In this document: one piece after another, positions 19,773 to 27,409 of the stretch
Layout: the number at the start of each line of letters is the position of its first letter
Position numbering within the stretch: the first letter of the stretch is position 1
DNA from: Candidatus Saccharimonadota bacterium
GTDB taxonomy: Bacteria > Pseudomonadota > Gammaproteobacteria > Enterobacterales > Enterobacteriaceae_A
Direction of reading: 5' to 3'
Assembly: GCA_030849405.1 (NCBI GenBank)
Contig: CP116499.1
Coordinates: forward strand, 60,001 to 92,000
DNA: 32,000 nt
Made by a program: the position numbers and the translations under genes
Notes under the pieces: model-generated
Seen by the model: the letters and a program-made list of their open reading frames with translations, nothing else
What the model was told of the DNA's origin: nothing
The model's database searches: none

Positions 19773-20519
19773 TTACCAATATCTTTCAATTGTTATATTT
19801 CCTTTTTTAAAATGTAAATGTTTTTTCATATTTCTAAATTTAATTAATATATTTTTTATATCTTTAATCATAAAAGGATTTCCACAAATCATAACATGAC
19901 TATTTTTATAATTTAAACTTAAACCAATATTTTTTTCTAAAAAACCATTCATAATAAATTTACCTATACGACCATTTAGTGTACCATAAATTTTTTCTTG
20001 ACTAATAATATTTAAAATATATAATTTACCATAATAATTATTTCTTAAATTTTTAATTTCAAAATTATAATTACAATTAATAAGAAATTTATTAATATAA
20101 ATTAAAATTAAATTTTTAAATCTTTCTAAATTTCTATTTTCATTTAATATTGATAAATATGGTCCTATCCCAGTATTAGTACAAATCATCCATAATGTTT
20201 TACATTTAGGTATTTCATCTAGTATAAAAAAACCAAATGAATTTTTAGAAATATTAATTTCTTTATTAACTGTTAAATTTAATAATTGATAACTAAATTT
20301 ACCATTTGGAATAAACAAAATATAAAATTCTAAAATTGAATTTTCTGAACTATTAACAAATGAATAAGCTCTTTGAATATATTTTTTTTTAATTTTCATA
20401 GATATTTTTGTAAATTGTCCTGATATAAATTTATTAATAGATGCTTTAATAAAAATTTTAAATAAATTATTTGGATATTTTTTAATATTTAAAACTTTTC
20501 CAATAACCCAATTAACCAT
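19773..20519 (-). CDS. fpr: flavodoxin/ferredoxin--NADP+ reductase
   Basis: 248 aa, colinear with E. coli Fpr (NWVIGKV, SGQFTKI, QRAYSFVNS, LEFYILFIPNGKFS, TLWMICTNTGIGPYLSIL, SHVMICGNP, C-terminal ERYW). Confidence 0.9.
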   Translation of the reverse strand: MVNWVIGKVLNIKKYPNNLFKIFIKASINKFISGQFTKISMKIKKKYIQRAYSFVNSSENSILEFYILFIPNGKFSYQLLNLTVNKEINISKNSFGFFILDEIPKCKTLWMICTNTGIGPYLSILNENRNLERFKNLILIYINKFLINCNYNFEIKNLRNNYYGKLYILNIISQEKIYGTLNGRIGKFIMNGFLEKNIGLSLNYKNSHVMICGNPFMIKDIKNILIKFRNMKKHLHFKKGNITIERYW

Positions 20520-20556
20520 ATAAATACCTTAATATTTTATAAATTTATTTTAAATA

Positions 20557-21648
20557 TTATAAATATGTTTTAAAATCAATAATACCTCCTCCTAAACAAA
20601 ATTTTCCTAAATAAAAAACAACAAATTGACCTTTAGTTATAGATATAATTGGTTTTATAAATTGAACTAAAATATATTTTACATCAATAGGTATAATAAT
20701 ACAAGGAATAATTTTTTGTTTATAACGAGTTTTAACATAACATAAAAAAGATTTAATTAAAAATTTATTTTTATTCCAATAAATTTTTTTAATTATTAAA
20801 TTTTTATACATTAATAAATAATGTTTATTGTTTTGAACAACAATAATATTTTTTTTTTTTTTTTCAATTACATATAATGGATTTTGATTTTTAAAAATTC
20901 CTCCAATACCTAAACCTTTTCTTTGACCTATTGTAAAATATATAATACCTTTATGAGTACCAATAATTTGACTATTTTTTGTAATTATAAAACCTGGATT
21001 AATATATAAAAAAAAATTAATAAATTTATTAAATTTTCTTTTACCAATAAAACAAATACCAGTTGAATCTTTTTTGTTAAAATTAATTAAATTAAGCTTT
21101 TTAGCTATATAACGTAATTCTTTTTTTTTTAAAAAACTAATAGGAAACAAAATTTTTTTTATTTTTTTATTATTTAAATTATGTAAAAAATAACTTTGAT
21201 CTTTATTTTTATCAAAAGCACATAAAATATAAAAATTTTTTTTAATTTTTTTTATATTAGTATAATGCCCAGTAGCAATATAATTTGAATTTAAGTAATT
21301 AATAGCATAATCATAAAAAAAATTAAATTTTATTTTTTTATTACATAAAATATCTGGATTAGGAGTATTACCTATATTATATTCTTTTAAAAATAAAATA
21401 AAAACATTTTCCCAGTATTCATATGAAAAATTAATTTTTTTAAAAATAATTTTAAAAAAATTACATATTTTTTTAGAATCATTAAAATCTTTATAAAATG
21501 TACATTTTTTATTTACAATATTTTCTTCCCAATTTTTCATATAAACACCTATTACAAAATAACCCATTTTAATTAATATATATATTGCAATAGATGAATC
21601 TACACCACCAGATATACCAACAGTTATTTTTTTTTTATTTAAAATCAT
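20557..21648 (-). CDS. mnmA: tRNA-specific 2-thiouridylase MnmA
   Basis: 363 aa. It has the PP-loop GISGGVDSS plus TPNPDILCNKKIKF, IATGHY, KDQSYFL, KDSTGICFIG, GQRKGLGIGG and VKTRYKQ. Confidence 0.9.
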   Translation of the reverse strand: MILNKKKITVGISGGVDSSIAIYILIKMGYFVIGVYMKNWEENIVNKKCTFYKDFNDSKKICNFFKIIFKKINFSYEYWENVFILFLKEYNIGNTPNPDILCNKKIKFNFFYDYAINYLNSNYIATGHYTNIKKIKKNFYILCAFDKNKDQSYFLHNLNNKKIKKILFPISFLKKKELRYIAKKLNLINFNKKDSTGICFIGKRKFNKFINFFLYINPGFIITKNSQIIGTHKGIIYFTIGQRKGLGIGGIFKNQNPLYVIEKKKKNIIVVQNNKHYLLMYKNLIIKKIYWNKNKFLIKSFLCYVKTRYKQKIIPCIIIPIDVKYILVQFIKPIISITKGQFVVFYLGKFCLGGGIIDFKTYL

Positions 21649-21866
21649 ACTAAAAAATCTTAAAATATTTTAAAAGAAATTTATAATTATATTTTAATAA
21701 ATATTAAAATATTTATAATTTAATAATTAATTATATAAAATTATAATAATAATATTTATTATAAAATAAATTTCAAATAAATTAAAATATCTAATATATA
21801 AATTATTATATTAAAATAATAAATAAATTTATCAATTTAATAATAAAAATTTAAAAATGGAAATAA

Positions 21867-22454
21867 ATGCAAATTAAAAAAATTATAGAAACTAAACTCC
21901 CAACTAAATGGGGTGAATTTTTAATGATAGGATTTAAAGAATTAAAAACAAACAGAGAACATTTAGCTTTAATTTTAGGTGATATAAAAAAAGATAAACC
22001 AATATTATCTCGTATACATTCAGAATGTTTAACTGGAGATGCTTTATTTAGTTTAAGATGCGATTGTGGTTTTCAATTAAAATGCGCATTTGAAAAATTA
22101 AAACAAGAAGGTAATGGTATATTATTATATCATAGACAAGAAGGAAGAAATATAGGATTATTAAATAAATTAAAAGCATATTCTTTACAAGATAAAGGTT
22201 TTGATACAGTTGAAGCTAATCATAAATTAGGTTTTTTAGATGATGAAAGAGATTTTTCGATATGTGCAGATATATTAAAATCAATTAATGTATATAAAAT
22301 TAAGTTATTAACAAATAATCCTAAAAAAGTTAAAATTTTATCAAATTTTGGTATTATAGTTACAGAAAGATTACCTTTAATAACAAAAATAAATCAAAAT
22401 AATAAAAAATATTTAAAAATTAAAAAAAAAAAAATGGGACATTTATTTAAATAA
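21867..22454 (+). CDS. ribA: GTP cyclohydrolase II (riboflavin biosynthesis)
   Basis: 195 aa. [23 protein letters not shown] (zinc cysteines), [32 protein letters not shown] and LLTNNPKK are present. Confidence 0.95.
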   Translation: MQIKKIIETKLPTKWGEFLMIGFKELKTNREHLALILGDIKKDKPILSRIHSECLTGDALFSLRCDCGFQLKCAFEKLKQEGNGILLYHRQEGRNIGLLNKLKAYSLQDKGFDTVEANHKLGFLDDERDFSICADILKSINVYKIKLLTNNPKKVKILSNFGIIVTERLPLITKINQNNKKYLKIKKKKMGHLFK

Positions 22455-22502
22455 ATATTTAAATATTTATTAAATATTATTTTAAAATAAAAATATTATA
22501 AA

Positions 22503-23027
22503 TTAAATAGATATATTATGTTTTTTTAAATCCTTTTTTAATTTATTTATCCATTTATTAATTCTAATATTAGTTAATTCCGATTGTCTATCTTCATCAA
22601 TTATTAATCCTATAAATTTATTATTAAATAATAAACTTTTTGATTTTTCAAAAAAATAACCCTTATTTTCCCAATAACCTATTATATTTGCTCCAAGTGG
22701 ATATATAATATCATATATATATTTAATAGCGTCACAAAAGTATTCTGAATAATCTTCTTGATCACCACAACCAAATAATCCAACATATTTTTTTTTAAAA
22801 TTTATTGTTTTTAAAATAGGATAAAAATTAAACCAATCATTTTGAGATTCTCCATAATACCAAGTAGATATTCCAAATAACAATATATTATATTTTTCTA
22901 TTTCTTTTTTATTTATTTTAGAAATATCATAAATTTTTGCATGTGTTCCTAATTTATTTTTTATTTTTTTAGCTATTTTTTTTGTATTACCTGTTTCACT
23001 ACCAAAAAAAATACCTACATTATGCAT
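22503..23027 (-). CDS. fldA: flavodoxin 1
   Basis: 174 aa. GIFFGSETGNT (FMN phosphate loop), GISTWYYGE, LFGCGDQEDYSEYFCDA and GLIIDEDRQ are colinear with E. coli FldA. Confidence 0.9.
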   Translation of the reverse strand: MHNVGIFFGSETGNTKKIAKKIKNKLGTHAKIYDISKINKKEIEKYNILLFGISTWYYGESQNDWFNFYPILKTINFKKKYVGLFGCGDQEDYSEYFCDAIKYIYDIIYPLGANIIGYWENKGYFFEKSKSLLFNNKFIGLIIDEDRQSELTNIRINKWINKLKKDLKKHNISI

Positions 23028-23116
23028 TTAATATTCTTATAAAATTAAATAATTTTGATTTTATTAAAGTTTATTTAATTTTAATTATTTATTTAAATTA
23101 AATTTAAATATTATAC

Positions 23117-23144
23117 TTGATTATTTTAAATTACTAAATATAAT
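23117..23144 (+). promoter_or_regulatory. candidate sigma70 promoter of the metT-leuW-glnU tRNA operon: TTGATT-16 nt-TATAAT
   Basis: TTGATT lies at 23117-23122, followed by a 16-nt spacer and a perfect TATAAT at 23139-23144. The mature tRNA-Met 5' end is at 23157, so the leader would be short. The -35 context TACTTGATT is identical to that of the clpP candidate. Confidence 0.5.
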
Positions 23145-23156
23145 AATTTTAAAAAT

Positions 23157-23229
23157 GGCTACGTAGCTTAGTAGGTAAAGCACATTATTCATAATGATGA
23201 AGTCACTGGTTCAAATCCAGTCGTAGCTA
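23157..23229 (+). tRNA. metT: elongator tRNA-Met (anticodon CAU); no encoded CCA
   Basis: GGCTACGTAGCTTAGTAGGTAAAGCACATTATTCATAATGATGAAGTCACTGGTTCAAATCCAGTCGTAGCTA. The acceptor and anticodon arms match E. coli metT (GGCTACGTAGCTCAG...CTCATAATGATG...CGTAGCC) rather than ileX or the initiator, since positions 1 and 72 are paired. Confidence 0.85.
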
Positions 23230-23235
23230 AATTAA

Positions 23236-23317
23236 ACGGGAGTGGCGAAATTGGAAGACGCATCAGATTTAGGATCTGACACTTTATAGTATACGAGTTC
23301 AAATCTCGTCTCCCGTA
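23236..23317 (+). tRNA. leuW: tRNA-Leu (anticodon UAG), class II; no encoded CCA
   Basis: ACGGGAGTGGCGAAATTGGAAGACGCATCAGATTTAGGATCTGA...CGAGTTCAAATCTCGTCTCCCGTA has anticodon loop TTTAGGA and closely matches E. coli leuW. Confidence 0.9.
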
Positions 23318-23322
23318 TAAAT

Positions 23323-23394
23323 TGGGGTGTAGCCAAGTGGTTAAGGCATCGGTTTTTGATACCGACAACCCTGGTTCAAATCCAGGCACCTCAG
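23323..23394 (+). tRNA. glnU: tRNA-Gln (anticodon UUG); no encoded CCA
   Basis: TGGGGTGTAGCCAAGTGGTTAAGGCATCGGTTTTTGATACCGACAACCCTGGTTCAAATCCAGGCACCTCAG has anticodon loop TTTTGAT and a U1-A72 pair with G73 as in E. coli tRNA-Gln. The order metT-leuW-glnU matches the E. coli metT operon. Confidence 0.9.
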
Positions 23395-24734
23395 TTTTTT
23401 ATAATATTTTTTTTAAAAGGATTATTATTTTCTTTAAATTTTAATAAAATTTTAGTTCCTAAAATATTTAATTTTTTTTTAAAATAATTAATTAAATATT
23501 TTTTATATAAATTATTTATATTTTTAACTTTATTACCATGTATAATAATTGTAAATGGATTATGATTTCCTAAATGAGCATATTTTAATGTAATATATTT
23601 ATTATTAAATAAATTAGGTTTATGTTTTAAAATAGCATTATTCATTACTTTATTTAAAAGAGATGTATTTATTTTTTTAATAGAAGAAAAATAAGTTAAT
23701 TCTATTGATTTAAATAAATTATCTATACCTAAACCATATAAACCTGATATAAATTTAATGTAAATATTTTTAATAAATTTTAAACGATTTATAATAAAAT
23801 TTTTAATTTTAATATATTTTAATTTATTTACTTTATCTAATTTATTAAATATAATAATTATTGAATTTCCATTTTTAATAATAAAATTAATTAACAATAA
23901 ATCTTTATTTGATATTTTTTCATTTATATCAAATAAAAGTAATATTATATGAGTTTGTTTAATAATTTTTAAAATTTTTATTAAAATTATTTTTTTTTTT
24001 TTAATACTATTAATATTTATAATTCCAGGTGTATCTGTAATAATATAATTGATATTATTATAAACAAATGGTATATATATACAATCATTAGTGGTACCTG
24101 ATATATTATGTACAATCATTCTTTCTTCATTTAAAATATAATTTACTAAAGTCGATTTTCCAACATTTGGTTTACCTATAATAGTAAGTTTTATTATTTT
24201 TTTTTTTTTATCTTTTTTTTTTTTAATAATTATTTTTTTTTTATTAATAAATATTAAAATTTTTTTAAATAAAAAATTAATACCATAACCATTATAAGCA
24301 GAAATAGGAAATATTTCTTTAGTTAAACCTAAAGAAAAAAAGTTTAAATTTAATGTTATATAATTTAATTTATCAATTTTATTAACAACTAAAAAAATTT
24401 TTTCTTTAAATTCATAAATATATTTATTTAATATTTTATCTTCTAACATTAAACCATCATAAGCATTTACTAAAAATAGTATAATATTACTTTTTTTAAT
24501 TGATAAAAAAGTTTTAGCTGCTACTTTAATTTGAATTTCATTTTTAAAATTATCAATACCTCCGGTATCAATAATAATAAAATTTATGTTTTTAATTTTT
24601 ATATAACCATAATTTATATCTCTAGTTAAATTTTTATAATTATTAACTAAAGATTTTTTTTTACATATTAAATAATTAAATAAAGTAGATTTACCAACAT
24701 TAGATCTTCCAACAATTGTTATAATATATATCAT
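23391..24734 (-). CDS. der: ribosome-associated GTPase Der (EngA)
   Basis: 447 aa with two tandem GTPase domains (GRSNVGKSTLFN...DTGG...NKID and GKPNVGKSTLVN...DTPG...NKLD) and a C-terminal KH-like region. It is the only gene in the window ending in TGA. Confidence 0.9.
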   Translation of the reverse strand: MIYIITIVGRSNVGKSTLFNYLICKKKSLVNNYKNLTRDINYGYIKIKNINFIIIDTGGIDNFKNEIQIKVAAKTFLSIKKSNIILFLVNAYDGLMLEDKILNKYIYEFKEKIFLVVNKIDKLNYITLNLNFFSLGLTKEIFPISAYNGYGINFLFKKILIFINKKKIIIKKKKDKKKKIIKLTIIGKPNVGKSTLVNYILNEERMIVHNISGTTNDCIYIPFVYNNINYIITDTPGIININSIKKKKIILIKILKIIKQTHIILLLFDINEKISNKDLLLINFIIKNGNSIIIIFNKLDKVNKLKYIKIKNFIINRLKFIKNIYIKFISGLYGLGIDNLFKSIELTYFSSIKKINTSLLNKVMNNAILKHKPNLFNNKYITLKYAHLGNHNPFTIIIHGNKVKNINNLYKKYLINYFKKKLNILGTKILLKFKENNNPFKKNIIKN

Positions 24735-24808
24735 TATAATTCCATTAATAAATATTTAAAAATATAAATATAAAAGCATATAATTTAATAATTTAATAAT
24801 TTAATAAT

Positions 24809-26095
24809 TTATAATTTTTTTTTAAAAAAAATTTTTAAAAAAAAAATAATTTCATTTATAGGTAACATTAATTGTATTTTATTATTTATATTTTTAATTA
24901 TTAAAATTTTATTATATATTTCATTATCTCCAATTATTATAACTAAAGTAGTAAAAATATTATTAGAATTAATTAATTGTTTTTTAATATTTAAATTATT
25001 ATAATTATTTAAAATTTTAAGTTTTGGTAATTTATTATGTATATATTCAATTAATTTAATCGAATTAAATTTTATATTAAAATTATTAAATGAAATTATA
25101 TTAATATCTATTTTAAATTTATATTTTGAAATATCTTGAATTTTTTTAATTAATAATATTAATCTTTCTAATCCTATTGCACAACCTATAGCCGAAGTTT
25201 TATTTCCACCTAATTGTTCAATTAATTTATCATATCTACCACCACCACAAATAGTAATATTAAAATTAACATTTTTAGTTATCCATTCAAAAACTGTATA
25301 ATTATAATAATCTAAACCTCTTACAATACTTTTATTAATATTATATTTAACACCTATTTTTTTTAAAATTTTACATAATTGATAAAAATGTATTTTAGAT
25401 TTCATACTTAAATATTTTGTAATGCATGGTGCTTTATTAATTATTTTTTTAATTTTAATATTTTTAGTTTCTAATATACGTATTGGATTTTTATATATTT
25501 TTTTGATGTTTTCTAAATCTAATATATTAATATTTTTAATAAAGAATTTTTTTAAAATATTATTATATTTTATTCTAGTTTTAATAGAACCTATTGTATT
25601 TATTTCTAAAGTAATATAATTAGATAAACCTAAAATTTTCCATAATCTATAAGTTATTAAAATTATTTCAGCATCAATTTGTGGTCCTTTTAATCCAAAT
25701 ACTTCAATACCTATTTGATTAAATTGACGATATCTACCTTTTTGAGGTCTTTCATAACGAAACATAGGACCAATATACCATAAACGTTGTTCTTTATTAT
25801 ATATAAAATTATGTTCAATACCAGATCTTACACAACCAATTGTAGCTTCTGGCCTTAAAGAAATATTTTTCATATTACGATCATTAAAACTAAACATTTC
25901 TTTTTTAATAATATCAGTTTGATTACCTATTGTTTTTTCAAATAAAATAGTTTTTTCTATAATAGGTAATCTAATTTCATTATAACCATAAGAAATAATT
26001 AAATTTTTAATAATATTTTCAATTTTTTGCCATAAATTAATATCTATAGGTAATAAATCATTCATTCCACGTATAGATTTTATTTTTTTAATCAC
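24809..26095 (-). CDS. hisS: histidine--tRNA ligase
   Basis: 428 aa. IRGMNDLLP, LRPEATIGCVRSGIEH, RLWYIGPMFRYERPQKGRYRQFNQIG, VRGLDYYNYTVFEW, CGGGRYD and GCAIGLERL are present. Confidence 0.95.
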   Translation of the reverse strand: MIKKIKSIRGMNDLLPIDINLWQKIENIIKNLIISYGYNEIRLPIIEKTILFEKTIGNQTDIIKKEMFSFNDRNMKNISLRPEATIGCVRSGIEHNFIYNKEQRLWYIGPMFRYERPQKGRYRQFNQIGIEVFGLKGPQIDAEIILITYRLWKILGLSNYITLEINTIGSIKTRIKYNNILKKFFIKNINILDLENIKKIYKNPIRILETKNIKIKKIINKAPCITKYLSMKSKIHFYQLCKILKKIGVKYNINKSIVRGLDYYNYTVFEWITKNVNFNITICGGGRYDKLIEQLGGNKTSAIGCAIGLERLILLIKKIQDISKYKFKIDINIISFNNFNIKFNSIKLIEYIHNKLPKLKILNNYNNLNIKKQLINSNNIFTTLVIIIGDNEIYNKILIIKNINNKIQLMLPINEIIFFLKIFFKKKL

Positions 26096-26217
26096 TTTAT
26101 TTAATTATATAAAATTGATTAAATTAATTAATTTTTAAAATAAAATTTATATTATTTAAGTAAAATTATTTATAAATAAAATATTTATATTTATAAAATA
26201 TTAAAATTTTAAAATAA

Positions 26218-27276
26218 TTAAAATTTAATTCGATTAAATACTTTACCAGATAATTGTCCACATGCTGCATTAATATCAATTCCTCTATTTTTTCTAATAG
26301 TAACAATAAAACCATAATTTAATAATATATTATAAAATTTATGTATTTTATTATTAGAACTACATAAATATTTAGAATAAGAAAATTTATTAAATGGTAT
26401 TAAATTAATTTTACATAATAAATTTCTTAAAATATAAGCTAATTGATGTGCATATTTTTCTTTATCATTAACATTTTTTAACATAATATATTCAATTGTA
26501 ACACCATTTTTATTTGCTTTAGATTTATAAATATAATTTTTAATTGATTTTAAAATATTTTTAATATTATATTTTATATTTAATGGAATTATTAAATTAC
26601 GAATTTTATTATTAGAAGCATGTAAAGATAAAGCTAATTTAATATCTAAATATTTTTTTAAATTATTAATTGCTGGTATTATACCAACAGTAGATAAAGT
26701 TATTTTACGTTTTGAAAAATTAAAACAATATTTATTAAGCATAATTAATATAGAATTTACAATATTTTTAAAATTTAACAATGGTTCCCCCATACCCATT
26801 ATTACTATATTTGTTATAAAATGCAATTTTTTAATTTTAATAAATTTCATAACATTTAAAATTTGACTAATAATTTCAAAAGTATATAAATTTCTATTAA
26901 AACCTTGTTTACCAGTAAAACAAAATTTACAACCTAATGAACATCCAATTTGAGATGATATACATAATGTAGCACGATTATATTCAGGTATATAAATAGT
27001 TTCAATTTTTTGTTTATCTATTTCCATAATAAATTTAATTGTACCATCATATGAATAATTTAATTTAAATAAATTTAAAGTATTTATATAAATAATTTTT
27101 TTTATTTTAATTAAAGTATTTTTATTTAAATTATTAAATAAATTGAAATTATTACTTTTAAAATTATATATTTTTTTAATTAACTGTTTTGCTCTAAAAG
27201 ATTTTTCACCTAAAATAATAAAAATTAAAAAAATTTCTTTATAACCTATATTTAATAAATTAATTTTTTTAATAAT
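26218..27276 (-). CDS. rlmN: dual-specificity 23S rRNA/tRNA adenine-C2 methyltransferase RlmN (radical SAM); model extended 83 codons upstream of the track ORF, start codon non-canonical or unresolved
   Basis: The track ORF (26218-27027) holds the radical-SAM core (SSQIGCSLGCKFCFTGKQGFNRNL, MGMGEPLLN, LSLHA, INLIPFN, DINAACGQL). The 83 in-frame codons upstream (27276-27028) read IIKKINLLNIGYKEIFLIFIILGEKSFRAKQLIKKIY...YSYDGTIKFI and align with the E. coli RlmN N-terminal domain ([34 protein letters not shown]...SSDGTIKWAI). This stretch contains no ATG, GTG or TTG. AAGG (27284-27281) lies 4 nt upstream of the first ATT (27276-27274). Confidence 0.75.
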   Translation of the reverse strand: MIKKINLLNIGYKEIFLIFIILGEKSFRAKQLIKKIYNFKSNNFNLFNNLNKNTLIKIKKIIYINTLNLFKLNYSYDGTIKFIMEIDKQKIETIYIPEYNRATLCISSQIGCSLGCKFCFTGKQGFNRNLYTFEIISQILNVMKFIKIKKLHFITNIVIMGMGEPLLNFKNIVNSILIMLNKYCFNFSKRKITLSTVGIIPAINNLKKYLDIKLALSLHASNNKIRNLIIPLNIKYNIKNILKSIKNYIYKSKANKNGVTIEYIMLKNVNDKEKYAHQLAYILRNLLCKINLIPFNKFSYSKYLCSSNNKIHKFYNILLNYGFIVTIRKNRGIDINAACGQLSGKVFNRIKF

Positions 27277-27409
27277 TTAACCTTAAAATAAAATTTTAAA
27301 TTATTTAAATAATAAAATTACTTTACAATTAATTAAAATTAAAACATTAATAATTTTTTATAATATTAATAAATTAAAATTTAAAAATAAATACTTTATT
27401 AGGAATTAT

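Noticed and set aside
23189-23389. 66-aa ORF on the - strand (MPGFEPGLSVSKTD...)
   Set aside because: It is the antisense reading of the three tRNA genes (Met, Leu, Gln). The GFEP/TGFEP strings are the usual signature of translated T-arms.
24781-24815. TAATTTAA octamer repeated about 4.5 times in the der-hisS spacer, overlapping the hisS stop
   Set aside because: This is a short, pure-A/T, low-complexity repeat of a kind expected by slippage in this composition. It forms no structure and I found no conserved partner, so I note it only as a minor microsatellite.
25422-25619. 65-aa ORF on the + strand
   Set aside because: It lies antisense inside hisS, is a low-complexity I/L/F sequence, and has no independent support.
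26218-27027. rlmN as an N-terminally truncated pseudogene or fragment (269-aa track ORF)
   Set aside because: The upstream 83 codons are stop-free, in the same frame, and align to the RlmN N-terminal domain. An intact gene with a non-ATG start is the better reading (see findings), though truncation is not fully excluded.
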